Made by a program: the position numbers and the translations under genes
Notes under the pieces: generated by a model
Seen by the model: only the letters and a program-made list of their open reading frames with translations
The model's database searches: none
What the model was told of the DNA's origin: nothing
Shown here: positions 18,366 to 28,900 of the stretch, in pieces
How the letters are laid out: each line of letters begins with the position of its first letter
Numbering within the stretch: the first letter of the stretch is position 1
Assembly: GCA_024681795.1 (NCBI GenBank)
Contig: JAILAD010000005.1
Span: 23,926 to 87,925 of the forward strand
Length of the DNA: 64,000 nucleotides
Direction of reading: 5' to 3'
From: Lachnospiraceae bacterium
Lineage (GTDB): Bacteria > Bacillota > Clostridia > Lachnospirales > Lachnospiraceae

Positions 18366-20225
18366 ATGTATCTTGAAAAAATAAAAAAAGCAAATGATAT
18401 CAAAAAAATTCCGGCATACGCATATGACCAGCTGGCAGAGGAAATCCGTCAGTTTCTGATTGAAAGCATTTCGGAAACCGGAGGACATCTTGCAGCAAAT
18501 TTAGGCGCCGTGGAACTGACCATGGCACTTCATCTGGTGCTTGATTTTCCGGAGGATAAACTGATTTTTGACGTCGGACACCAGTCCTATACACATAAAA
18601 TACTGACCGGAAGAAAAGACCGTTTCGGCACACTCCGGAAATACGAAGGACTTGCGGGATTTCCGAAAACCAACGAAAGCGATTGCGATGCATTTGACAC
18701 GGGGCATTCTTCCACCTCAATTTCCGCGGGTCTCGGTATGGCAACGGCAAGAACCCTTCAGGGAAAAAAGAACACCGTCATTTCCGTAATCGGTGACGGG
18801 GCGCTTACCGGCGGAATGGCTTACGAGGCTTTAAACAATGCCGCCAAAGCGGAAACTCCGTTTATCATTGTTTTAAACGATAACAATATGTCCATCTCCG
18901 AGAACGTCGGAGGAGTATCTTCCTACCTGAACCAGATCAGGACTACGGAAGCGTACCTCGAATTAAAAGAGGATGTAAAAAATAAATTAAAGACCGTTCC
19001 CAAAGGAAAAAATATGATTCACAAAATCCAGAGTGTGAAGAGCGGTTTTAAACAGCTGATGATTCCCGGAATGTATTTTGAAGATATGGGAATCACCTAT
19101 CTCGGACCGGTGAACGGGCACGATATTCCTGCAATCGTGAAGGTATTAAAAGAAGCCAAGCGGTGTAAAACACCGGTGCTGGTTCATGTTCTGACTCACA
19201 AAGGAAAAGGATATCTTCCTGCGGAACGTCACCCGGCGAGATTCCACGGAACGGAGCCTTTTGACATCGAGACAGGATTGCCGAAAAACAAAAAAACCTC
19301 CCCGAATTACACGGATATTTTTTCCACTGTCATGTGCAAAATGGGAGAGAGTAATCCGGATGTGGTTGCAATCACTGCTGCCATGCCGGACGGTACGGGA
19401 TTAAAGAGATTTCGGAACATGTATCCGGATAGATTCTTTGATGTTGGAATTGCGGAACAGCATGCCGTAACTTTTGCGGCCGGCCTTGCCGCAAGCGGAA
19501 TCCGGCCGGTAGTTGCGATTTATTCCTCTTTCCTGCAGCGTGCATATGACCAGATTTTACATGATGTCTGCATCCAGAAACTCCCTGTTGTTTTTGCAAT
19601 TGACAGAGCAGGGCTTGTCGGAAGTGACGGGGAAACCCATCAGGGAATTTTTGATTTGTCGTATCTTTCCGAAATTCCGAACATGACCGTAATGGCGCCG
19701 AAAAACAAGTGGGAACTTGCCGATATGCTTCGCTACAGCGTGGTATTTGACGGCCCGGTTGCAGTCCGTTATCCGAGAGGCCGTGCATACGAAGGCCTCA
19801 GTGAAAACCGTGCGGACATTGAATACGGCAAGGCGGAATGGATTTACGAAGGAAAGGATGTCTGTCTGGTTGCAGTCGGAAGTATGGTCCGGATTGCGGT
19901 TGATGTGAAGGAAGCGCTGGAAAAAGAAGGATTAACGGTCAGCCTCGTAAATGCGAGATTCGTAAAACCCATTGACGAGGAAATGCTGACGACCGCCATG
20001 AAGAAACATAAGATTGTCGTAACGATGGAGGAAAATATTCTTTCCGGCGGATACGGGGAAAATGTAAGACAGTTTACGGATACGCTGAAAAGCAAAGCGA
20101 AACTTATTAATATAGCAATTCCCGATACCTTCGTGGAACACGGAAGCGTGGATCTGCTGCTGAAGGCCATGAATATGGATGCAGAGGGAATCACAAAAAG
20201 AATTCTTGAGAGTATTCCAAAATGA
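18366..20225 (+). CDS. dxs: 1-deoxy-D-xylulose-5-phosphate synthase
   Basis: DVGHQSYTHK, GHSSTS, IGDGAL.GGMA, DVGIAEQHAV, DGETHQG. Confidence 0.98.
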   Translation: MYLEKIKKANDIKKIPAYAYDQLAEEIRQFLIESISETGGHLAANLGAVELTMALHLVLDFPEDKLIFDVGHQSYTHKILTGRKDRFGTLRKYEGLAGFPKTNESDCDAFDTGHSSTSISAGLGMATARTLQGKKNTVISVIGDGALTGGMAYEALNNAAKAETPFIIVLNDNNMSISENVGGVSSYLNQIRTTEAYLELKEDVKNKLKTVPKGKNMIHKIQSVKSGFKQLMIPGMYFEDMGITYLGPVNGHDIPAIVKVLKEAKRCKTPVLVHVLTHKGKGYLPAERHPARFHGTEPFDIETGLPKNKKTSPNYTDIFSTVMCKMGESNPDVVAITAAMPDGTGLKRFRNMYPDRFFDVGIAEQHAVTFAAGLAASGIRPVVAIYSSFLQRAYDQILHDVCIQKLPVVFAIDRAGLVGSDGETHQGIFDLSYLSEIPNMTVMAPKNKWELADMLRYSVVFDGPVAVRYPRGRAYEGLSENRADIEYGKAEWIYEGKDVCLVAVGSMVRIAVDVKEALEKEGLTVSLVNARFVKPIDEEMLTTAMKKHKIVVTMEENILSGGYGENVRQFTDTLKSKAKLINIAIPDTFVEHGSVDLLLKAMNMDAEGITKRILESIPK

Positions 20226-21043
20226 AAAACAGACTGGATGTAATACTTGTAAACAGAAATCTCGCTCCTTCGAGGGAGAAGGCAAAGGCCTTTATCATGT
20301 CCGGAATCGTCTATGTGAACGGCCAGAAAGAAGACAAGGCCGGGGATTTGTTTGATGAGGAAACCGCAAAAATAGAAGTGCGGGGCGAGACCTTGAAATA
20401 TGTCAGCCGCGGCGGCCTGAAACTGGAGAAAGCCCTTCAGGTTTTTCCGATTGATTTAAACGGAAAAATCTGTATGGATATCGGGGCATCCACGGGAGGC
20501 TTTACCGACTGTATGCTGCAAAACGGAGCCGTTAAGGTATATGCGGTTGATGTCGGACACGGACAGCTTGCCTGGTCTTTGAGAAACGACGAAAGAGTTG
20601 TCAACATGGAACGGACGAACTTTCGTTACATGCAGCCGGAAGACATTGAAGAAAAATCTGATTTTGCATCCGTGGATGTTGCTTTTATTTCCTTAACGAA
20701 AATTCTTCCGCCGGCATACGCCTTGTTAAAAGACGACGCCGAAATGGTTTGTCTGATTAAGCCCCAGTTTGAAACAACCCGTGAAAAAGTCGGAAAAAAA
20801 GGTGTGGTAAGGGATGCAAAAGTGCATGAGGAAGTGATTCTTTCCGTGTTGGAATTCGCCACGGCAAATGATTTTGCGGTTCTCGGACTGACATATTCCC
20901 CGATTCGCGGACCCGAAGGAAATATCGAGTATCTGGCGCATCTTAAAAAGGGGATTTCGGAGAACGAAGGAATTCCCGACGCATCATTTAAAGAACTTGC
21001 AAAAGAAACCGTTTTACAGTCTCACGGAGCATTGGAACATTAG
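20222..21043 (+). CDS. tlyA: TlyA-family rRNA methyltransferase
   Basis: S4 domain; YVSRGGLKL, DIGASTGGFTDC, LIKPQFE. Confidence 0.95.
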   Translation: MKNRLDVILVNRNLAPSREKAKAFIMSGIVYVNGQKEDKAGDLFDEETAKIEVRGETLKYVSRGGLKLEKALQVFPIDLNGKICMDIGASTGGFTDCMLQNGAVKVYAVDVGHGQLAWSLRNDERVVNMERTNFRYMQPEDIEEKSDFASVDVAFISLTKILPPAYALLKDDAEMVCLIKPQFETTREKVGKKGVVRDAKVHEEVILSVLEFATANDFAVLGLTYSPIRGPEGNIEYLAHLKKGISENEGIPDASFKELAKETVLQSHGALEH

Positions 21044-21054
21044 AGGAAAACCTT

Positions 21055-21906
21055 ATGAAGAAAATTCTTGTAATCACGAACCGGTACAAAGATTCGGAAA
21101 TGTTCATTACGGAAAAAGTCTGCACACACTTAAAAGACGGTGGGGCAGAGGTCATTCAGACGACGGTTGACCGCAAGATGAATACATTAAATGATGCTTT
21201 ACTGGGAGATGTGGATTGTGCCGTTATTTTAGGCGGTGACGGAACGATTATGCAGTTTGCAAACCAGCTTTCCTTAGCGGATATCCCGATTCTCGGAATC
21301 AATATGGGGCATGTCGGATATCTGGCGGAAGTTGATTCAAACCACGTCGAAGAAGCCATCGGACGGTTACTGAGCGGAGACTACAAGGTACAGAAGCGCA
21401 TGATGATTACCGGAAGCCTGAAGAAAAAAGGGAAAACGGTATTTACCGATACTGCGGTAAACGATGTTGTCATTACCAGAAACGGAAGACTGCAGGTGAT
21501 TCATTTTAATATCTATGTCAACGGAAATCTCTTAAAAAATTACACGGCGGACGGTGTGATTCTCTCGACACCCACGGGTTCCACCGCATACAATCTTTCC
21601 GCGGGAGGACCGATTGTAGATCCCGGCGCGGAGATTCTGATTGTGACTCCGATTTCCCCACATACCCTGATGAACAGAAGCCTTGTTTTAAACGCGACGG
21701 ACAATGTTGAAATTGAAGTACTTCCGACGCATGAAGAGGAAGAATACGAGGAAATGATGGAAGTTGATTTTGACGGAAAAGAATACGGAAAACTGTTTCC
21801 GGGTGACCGTGTCGGTGTGACGGGTGCGGACTGTCATGTGAAAATGATCTGTATGAACGAAGTCAGCTTTATGGAAACGCTTCATCGCAAAATGAAGGAA
21901 AGTTAA
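21055..21906 (+). CDS. nadK: NAD+ kinase
   Basis: GGDGT, GINMGHVGYL, NDVV, DGVILSTPTGSTAYNLSAGGP. Confidence 0.96.
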   Translation: MKKILVITNRYKDSEMFITEKVCTHLKDGGAEVIQTTVDRKMNTLNDALLGDVDCAVILGGDGTIMQFANQLSLADIPILGINMGHVGYLAEVDSNHVEEAIGRLLSGDYKVQKRMMITGSLKKKGKTVFTDTAVNDVVITRNGRLQVIHFNIYVNGNLLKNYTADGVILSTPTGSTAYNLSAGGPIVDPGAEILIVTPISPHTLMNRSLVLNATDNVEIEVLPTHEEEEYEEMMEVDFDGKEYGKLFPGDRVGVTGADCHVKMICMNEVSFMETLHRKMKES

Positions 21907-21908
21907 GT

Positions 21909-22355
21909 ATGAAACAGAAAAGACAGCTCAGAATCATTGAAATCATCAACCACAGTGCCGTCGGGACACAGGAAGAACTTGCGTTAAAACTTCGCGAAGA
22001 GGGCTTTGAAGTGACGCAGGCAACGGTATCGAGAGATATCAGGGAACTGAATTTATCGAAAGTTCCCGCTGCAAACGGGCGCCAGAAATATGCGATTCTT
22101 TCCGGTACGGGACAGTTAAACGACAAGTATGTCCGAATGATGCATGACGGATTAATCAGCATGGAACCCGCAGGAAATCTGCTGGTTTTGAAAACCGTAT
22201 CCGGTATGGCAATGGCGGTTGCGGCTGCGGTGGATGCCATGCATTTTCCGGAAATTGTGGGAAGCATTGCGGGCGACGATACCATTATGGCAGCAACGAA
22301 ATCTTTGTCGGATGCAGTAAATCTGAAGAATAAAATAAACGATTTGATTCATTAA
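21909..22355 (+). CDS. argR: Arginine repressor
   Basis: TQEEL...VTQATVSRDI.EL...GSIAGDDT. Confidence 0.97.
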   Translation: MKQKRQLRIIEIINHSAVGTQEELALKLREEGFEVTQATVSRDIRELNLSKVPAANGRQKYAILSGTGQLNDKYVRMMHDGLISMEPAGNLLVLKTVSGMAMAVAAAVDAMHFPEIVGSIAGDDTIMAATKSLSDAVNLKNKINDLIH

Positions 22356-22412
22356 TGTTTCAAACGCAGAATGCGGAGTGAGCGAGAATCCCCGGATCTG
22401 CAAGGAGGAAAC

Positions 22413-24110
22413 ATGTTACTTTATTTACACGCAAAAAATTACGCTCTGATTGATGACGTGGAAGTCGAATTTACCGACGGACTCAATATCATGACGGGAG
22501 AGACGGGTGCCGGTAAATCGGTCCTTTTGGGAAGCATTTCACAGGCACTCGGCTCCAAATCGAAAACCGATGTCATAAGGGAAGGCGAAGAATCCGCTTT
22601 TGTGGAACTGCATTTCGGAATCGACAATGATTTTCAGAGAAACCTTTTAAACGAACTTGATATCGATGCGGAAGACGATGTTGTTATTATTCAGAGAAAA
22701 ATTACAAAGCAGCGGTCCGTCGGAAAAATCTGCGGTATTACGGTAAGCAGTGCGGACCTTCACAGGATTGCCGACAGTTTTCTGGATATCTACGGTCAGC
22801 ATGATTATCAGAACCTTTTGAAGGAATCCATGCATATTGAGATTCTGGACGGGTTTGCAGGCTCCGGATTAAAGGATTTAAAGGAGCAGGTTTCTGCGGA
22901 ATATTCCCGTTATGCAGAACTTAAAAAAGAGGCGGATTCTTTGGAAGAGGACGATGACAAGCGGCTTCGGGACATGGAGTTTCTGAAATTCCAGCTCGAT
23001 GAAATCAAGGCTGCAAACGTAAAAGAAGGCGAAGAAGAGGAATTAAAAGATTATCTTCGTCTTGCCGAGAACGGGGAACGAATCGCAAAGGCACTTTCGG
23101 GTGCGGAGATGTCACTTTCCGAAGAAGACGGAGTATTGAGACATTTTACGACGGCATTCCGTGAACTATCGACGGTTTCCGGCCTGACGGATGAAATCGG
23201 CGGGTTTGAAGAAAGCCTTAAGCAGGCGCAGGATATTGTACAGGATACGTTAAGACAGATGTCGGATTATCTGGAATCCCTTGATTTTGACGAAAAAACC
23301 TTAAGGGAATCCAGAGAGCGTTATGACGAAATCAACAGCCTGTTCATGAAATACGGTAAAAATTACGAAGGCATGATGCGTTATGCGGAAGAAAAAACAA
23401 AAGAGTACGAGCATCTTCTTTCTTTTGAAAGTTACCGCGATGAGCTGTTTGAAAAACTCCGCGTCTCCGAAAAGAATCTTTCTGCCCTTTGCGGAAAATT
23501 ATCGGAACTTCGTAAAGAAGAAGGCGTGAAGTTTGCGACGGAAGTAAGCAAAGCTTTATCGGATCTTAATTTTAACGATAACCGTTTTGAAGTGCGCTTT
23601 GAAAGAAATGAAAAATATACGGCAAAAGGATTTGACGTTGCGAGATTTTTTATCTCCACCAATGTGGGAGAACAGATGCGTCCTTTATGCGATGTTGCAA
23701 GCGGCGGAGAACTGTCCAGAATCATGCTTGCCATCAAGACGGTATCGGCATCGAGAGAACTGGTGCACACTCTGATTTTTGATGAGATTGATGCGGGAAT
23801 CAGCGGAAATACCGCGTGGAAGGTTTCCGAAAAGCTGGGACTTCTCGGCAGGGATTTACAGGTAATCTGTATCACGCATCTTCCCCAGATTGCCGCTATG
23901 GCGGATACCCATTTTGAAATTGTCAAGACCGAAAAAGACGGACATACCGCGACAGAGGTAAAGAAACTCTTCCAGTATGAGTCCGTGGAGGAACTGACGA
24001 GGCTTTTGGGAGGCGGAGAGAAGAAGGAAGCCGCTTCCGAGAATGCGAAGGAATTAATCCGACAGGCAAAGGATATTAAGAAACGCTATCAAAGCGGAAA
24101 GTCCGAATAA
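22413..24110 (+). CDS. recN: DNA repair protein RecN
   Basis: TGETGAGKS Walker A, ASGGELSR, IFDEID.G, ITHLPQIAA; start after AGGAGG. Confidence 0.97.
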   Translation: MLLYLHAKNYALIDDVEVEFTDGLNIMTGETGAGKSVLLGSISQALGSKSKTDVIREGEESAFVELHFGIDNDFQRNLLNELDIDAEDDVVIIQRKITKQRSVGKICGITVSSADLHRIADSFLDIYGQHDYQNLLKESMHIEILDGFAGSGLKDLKEQVSAEYSRYAELKKEADSLEEDDDKRLRDMEFLKFQLDEIKAANVKEGEEEELKDYLRLAENGERIAKALSGAEMSLSEEDGVLRHFTTAFRELSTVSGLTDEIGGFEESLKQAQDIVQDTLRQMSDYLESLDFDEKTLRESRERYDEINSLFMKYGKNYEGMMRYAEEKTKEYEHLLSFESYRDELFEKLRVSEKNLSALCGKLSELRKEEGVKFATEVSKALSDLNFNDNRFEVRFERNEKYTAKGFDVARFFISTNVGEQMRPLCDVASGGELSRIMLAIKTVSASRELVHTLIFDEIDAGISGNTAWKVSEKLGLLGRDLQVICITHLPQIAAMADTHFEIVKTEKDGHTATEVKKLFQYESVEELTRLLGGGEKKEAASENAKELIRQAKDIKKRYQSGKSE

Positions 24111-24243
24111 ACAAATGCGGGAAACGGAGTTTTCGGAATTATCTGAAAACCGTGAATTCGAGTGAATGCATTATTTACTTGTTTTGTAAAGTTTAGTATA
24201 ATGTAAGGTGGTATAGAAAAAACATAAACCGGAGGGTAAAGAT

Positions 24244-25689
24244 ATGAAAAATATCTTATTTGTTGCATCGGAAAGTGTACCTTTTATCAAGACGGGAGGA
24301 CTTGCAGACGTTGTAGGTTCGCTTCCGAAATGTGTAAACAAGAAATACTTTGATGTAAGGGTTATGATTCCGAAATATACCTGCATCTCCCAGGAATGGA
24401 GAGATAAGATGGTATTTAAGACCAGCTTCTACATGGATTTTCACTGGAGAAGCGAGTATGTGGGAATTCTTGAAGCGAAAGTGGACGGGGTGACCTATTA
24501 CTTTATTGATAACGAGTCTATGTTCGGCGGCTTCCGCCCGTACTCCGGAAATGTTCTGGATGATATGGAGAAGTTCATTTTCTTCAGCAAGGCTGCATTG
24601 TCCGCAATGCCTCTTCTGGACTTCCGTCCCGACATCATCCACTGTCATGACTGGCAGACCGGTCTTGTTCCGGTATATTTGAAAGAGCGTTTTCAGGGGA
24701 ATGAATTTTTCCATGGAATTAAGACGATTATGACCATCCACAACCTGAAATTCCAGGGCAAGTGGGATGTTAAGACCGTAAAGGATATTTCCGGACTTCC
24801 GGATTTTTATTTCACACCGGACAAACTGGAGCATTACAAGAATGCCAACATGTTAAAGGGTGGTCTGGTTTATGCGGATGCCATTACAACCGTTTCCGAA
24901 ACTTATGCACAGGAAATAATGACACCGTTCTACGGCGAGAGTCTGGACGGCCTTCTCCGTGCGAGAGAGCATGATCTTCGAGGTATCGTAAACGGTATCG
25001 ATTATACGGATTACGATCCTTCCAAAGATCCGCATATTGATTACCCGTATACACCGCAGAACTTCCGTAAGGAAAAAATCAAAAATAAACGTGCCCTTCA
25101 GAAAGAACTCGGTCTGGAAGAGAACGACAAGCTTATGATGATCGGTATTGTATCGAGATTAACCGATCAGAAGGGCTTTGACTTAATCGCATACATGATG
25201 GATGAACTTTGTCAGGATGCCGTTCAGATTGTGGTACTTGGTACGGGTGATGAGCAGTATGAGAATATGTTCCGTCACTTTGACTGGAAGTATAACAATA
25301 AAGTATCTGCAAATATCTACTATTCGGAAGCATTATCCCATAAGATTTATGCAGCATCGGATGCATTCTTAATGCCGTCCTTATTTGAACCCTGCGGATT
25401 ATCCCAGTTAATGTCCTTACGTTACGGAACACTTCCGATTGTACGTGAAACGGGAGGTCTTAAGGATACTGTAGAACCTTACAATGAATACGAGAGTACC
25501 GGTACGGGCTTCAGTTTTGTAAACTACAACGCACACGAAATGCTCGCAAGCATCCGTTATGCCGAGAAGATTTACTATGACCGTAAACGTGAATGGAACA
25601 AGATGGTTGACCGCGCTATGGCAGTTGACTTCTCCTGGGATGTCTCCGCAAAGAAATACCAGGAAATGTACGACTGGCTGATAGGCTGA
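24244..25689 (+). CDS. glgA: Glycogen synthase
   Basis: KTGGLADV, HCHDWQ, TIHNL, SRLTDQKG, PSLFEPCGLSQL. Confidence 0.98.
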   Translation: MKNILFVASESVPFIKTGGLADVVGSLPKCVNKKYFDVRVMIPKYTCISQEWRDKMVFKTSFYMDFHWRSEYVGILEAKVDGVTYYFIDNESMFGGFRPYSGNVLDDMEKFIFFSKAALSAMPLLDFRPDIIHCHDWQTGLVPVYLKERFQGNEFFHGIKTIMTIHNLKFQGKWDVKTVKDISGLPDFYFTPDKLEHYKNANMLKGGLVYADAITTVSETYAQEIMTPFYGESLDGLLRAREHDLRGIVNGIDYTDYDPSKDPHIDYPYTPQNFRKEKIKNKRALQKELGLEENDKLMMIGIVSRLTDQKGFDLIAYMMDELCQDAVQIVVLGTGDEQYENMFRHFDWKYNNKVSANIYYSEALSHKIYAASDAFLMPSLFEPCGLSQLMSLRYGTLPIVRETGGLKDTVEPYNEYESTGTGFSFVNYNAHEMLASIRYAEKIYYDRKREWNKMVDRAMAVDFSWDVSAKKYQEMYDWLIG

Positions 25690-25709
25690 GTCAGAAAGCA
25701 AAAAAGCGG

Positions 25710-25749
25710 AAAGAACATCCTGCATGCTTGCATGCAAGGATGTTCTTTT
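25710..25749 (+). terminator. glgA terminator
   Basis: aaagaacatcctgcatgc-tt-gcatgcaaggatgttctttt. Confidence 0.8.
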
Positions 25750-25857
25750 AGATTTTTTTGGTTGGTGCGAAGCAACAACCCGAAAAAAGACGCGAAGCGA
25801 CTTATGAGGGCTCCCTGACTCAGCCGTAGTCCAAAGATTTTTTGATTGGTGCGAAGC
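25750..25857. repeat. Imperfect 23-24 bp direct repeat pair with GCGAAGC mini-hairpins
   Basis: agatttttttggttggtgcgaagc (25750-25773) and agattttttgattggtgcgaagc (25835-25857); third GCGAAGC at 25792-25798. Confidence 0.75.
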
Positions 25858-25946
25858 TTTTCTTTGCTTGTTGGACATCTGTTGGACGCTCCATACTATA
25901 ATTCACTCAAATACTGTAAATAACTGTATTTAGCGAGGACAAAATT

Positions 25947-28900
25947 ATGGCACTTTATCAGGACATGGAAAAATTAATCGAAGAAAGACAGAATGCTTTA
26001 AAGAATTATCAGGGAGATGAATTTTTCGAAAAATACGCCGAACTGATGTATATGAAGCGTTCTTTTCGTAAGGATTTTGCCTGGTATGACGTGGAATCCC
26101 TGGTGGACGCCAGACAAAAATATGAGCGCTTTAAATCCGGTGCTTTTCATTTTGCTGCTAATTATATTATAACTTTTAAAAGACGTCTGGAATTATTCTA
26201 TAAAAAGACAAATATGCCGACTACGGAGCTTCTTCCCGATATTACGCTCGCAGAAGACGGAAAAGAAGTGCAGGAAGAGGAACAACTGCGTTATTTTATT
26301 GAGGAAAAAGATCTGGATGATGAGAATGCAAAGAAGTTCCGCAATAAACTTTTTGAAAAAGGTTATCCGGTCACTGTACTTCCCACAATTGATGACACTT
26401 CTTTCCACGGCAGATCTTTTGCCGAGCATATCAGACGTACAAATAACGATTTTCCGATGACTCCGGACGCACTTTTTCTGATACTTACGGAAAAAACAAC
26501 CTCCGATATTGAAGCACTTGGCGGAGAAGTTAATCCGCTTAATGACATTCGGATTAACGGACTTTCCATCGAGGAAGCATGGGGAAAGAAATACGAAAAT
26601 ATTGAAGATCCGGAACAGAAAAAAACGCAGATGAAAGCAGATCTTTTGAATGCCATTCTGCACGGATCCGAAGAAATCAGTCTGGTCCGTAAAGTAGCAA
26701 AAAAGAATGAAAAAGGTGAAATACAGTTTTCGGAAAGCGGAAGAGTGGTTTTGGTTCAGAGCCGTAAGAATCTGGAAAAAACCAGAAACTTTCTGCAGGA
26801 AGTGGATAAATTCCACCAGGTATACACACAGCATGCACCTTTTCTTTCCGAGCCCGGAGTCGCACCATATCCGAGTTCCCAAAAATATCTTAACGAAATG
26901 AGGCTTGCAGGTGAAAAACTTGCAGTAAAATCCGATCTTGACAATAATGCAACCTCTTCCTACGAGGATTTCAAGAATGCATACAATGAATATGTCCTTA
27001 ACGTAAAGGCATTTTTATCCTATCAGCTGATGGAAATGCAGATGACGAAGGAAAATTACGAACGTTCCCTCCGTCAGGGGCAGAACCTGAATGCCGCACA
27101 AAAAGATGCGCTTAAGAATGACATAAAATCCACCGCCGATAAAATGAAAGCTCTGCAAAGTCGTTTTGAAGAGCATCTTGCTGTGCTTGAAAGCAGTTTT
27201 AACCGCGTTGATGCGCGCTCAAAAGGAATTTCCGTTACAACTGCGGATGATCCCTGGAAGAGGAAAAAGGATTTTACATTTTTGAATCTGATGAATGCAC
27301 ACCGCCAGAGTGCAATGCTCCGGGGCTTAGATCCGGATGTAATGGACATTCAGGCAAAAACCACGCTTCCTCAGGACCATGCCTGGGTGAATGACCTTGG
27401 AACCCTTACTCCGCTTAATGAAAACCAGCGCCGTCAGATTCTGGAAAATTCGCCCATTAATTTTAAGTCTCCGGTCAGGGTAAGCAACGGTGAAAGCATT
27501 GTCACCATGACCGATGAAAACGGCACGAGCGCTGATTCTCTTTTGCGTGACAGAGGATTTGTGCCCAGAATGGATACGTTCCAGTCACTTTTCTGCATAT
27601 GGGCAATGGCAGAAAAGAATCTGTCCCTGAAAGAAGCATCGAGACTTTACAAAGCCCATATTCCCATCGGACAGGGTCCGAAAGGAGAAAATATCTATCC
27701 CGAAAATCATGAAACCGTAAAGCAGTATGAAAAAGAATTTCTGGATTTCTGTAAAAGAAATCCGTTCGCGGCAGGAGATGATATCTTAAGAGAGGAAGTG
27801 CAGCGGGATGTAAACGGTCCGCTCCGTCCGAATAATGACCCGGATGTTCAGCAGTTATTTAAAGAAAAAATGGAAAAATCCATCCGCAACTGGATGAATG
27901 TTTTTCAAAAAGGCAGTCAGATTGCAAATCAGTATACCATCCCGGATATCGATTTTTCGGATCCCGAACAGGTAAGACCGTATGCGGATGAGTTTAACCT
28001 GATCCGCGGAATCGGCGTGGACGGAAAACAGGAATCCGACAGAATGCTGGAAAATGAAGGTAATACGAAATATTTCGATGCAATCCGCGTTGCCGGAGAT
28101 GCCATCGGAGAAAAAAATTATTATATCATGTATCAGAATTTCTTCCATATGATGAACCTGATGGATGTGGTATATAATAAACCGTATTGCAATGAGGGCC
28201 CGGGTATTCCGAAGAATGCACTCGCAGCCGGGGAAGTCGCATTTTATAAGGAAAATGCAGGTCAGGTTATGAGTGATTTCAAAGGGAAAACACTCGGAGA
28301 TGTTCTGACCAATCATGCCGGAACCATTTCTGCATACAATATTACATTTACACTCGAATTCCAGAAAAAATTTATCATGAATGCAGGTCCGGGCAATAAT
28401 TTTAACGTACAGCCCGCAGAACCCGGAGGAGATGTAACAGCGGACCTGCCCGTGAAAGACGGCGTTGCCTATCTGCTTCATCAAAACAAAAATGTATATG
28501 CCTCCTTTGTGGAAAAAGAACGGAAAGAAATGGTAAAAAGATCCGCCAAGAAGGATCTGCATAACGACATCAGCGTAAACATGCTGGAAGCAAGAGGAGT
28601 ACCGATGAGTGCGGCGCTTAGAAACGAACTTACCAATCTTGGCAGCGCAGCTTCCATGCAGGATTTTTTGTTTAATAAATTTGAAGGGGAATTAACCGGA
28701 AAGGACGTTATTGCAAAATGTTTCAGGAAGATGGTTCCCCGTAATTTCCACGGAGATTTCCTAAAGGAAGGAATCCGTAACAGCGACTTTTTCCTGATTA
28801 ACGATGTTAAACCCTCCGAACTCTGGGGAAAGAAATACGAGGGCATTCAGAATGAGGATCAGAGAGAATGGCTGTACCGTACGGAAATCATGAAGGCCAT

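Noticed and set aside
20222-21043. tlyA as a haemolysin or virulence factor
   Set aside because: Sits in the conserved dxs-tlyA-nadK-argR-recN block with S4 and FtsJ-type motifs; housekeeping methyltransferase is more likely
25750-25857. Possible CRISPR repeat pair
   Set aside because: Only two imperfect copies with a 61-nt spacer, no leader, no cas genes
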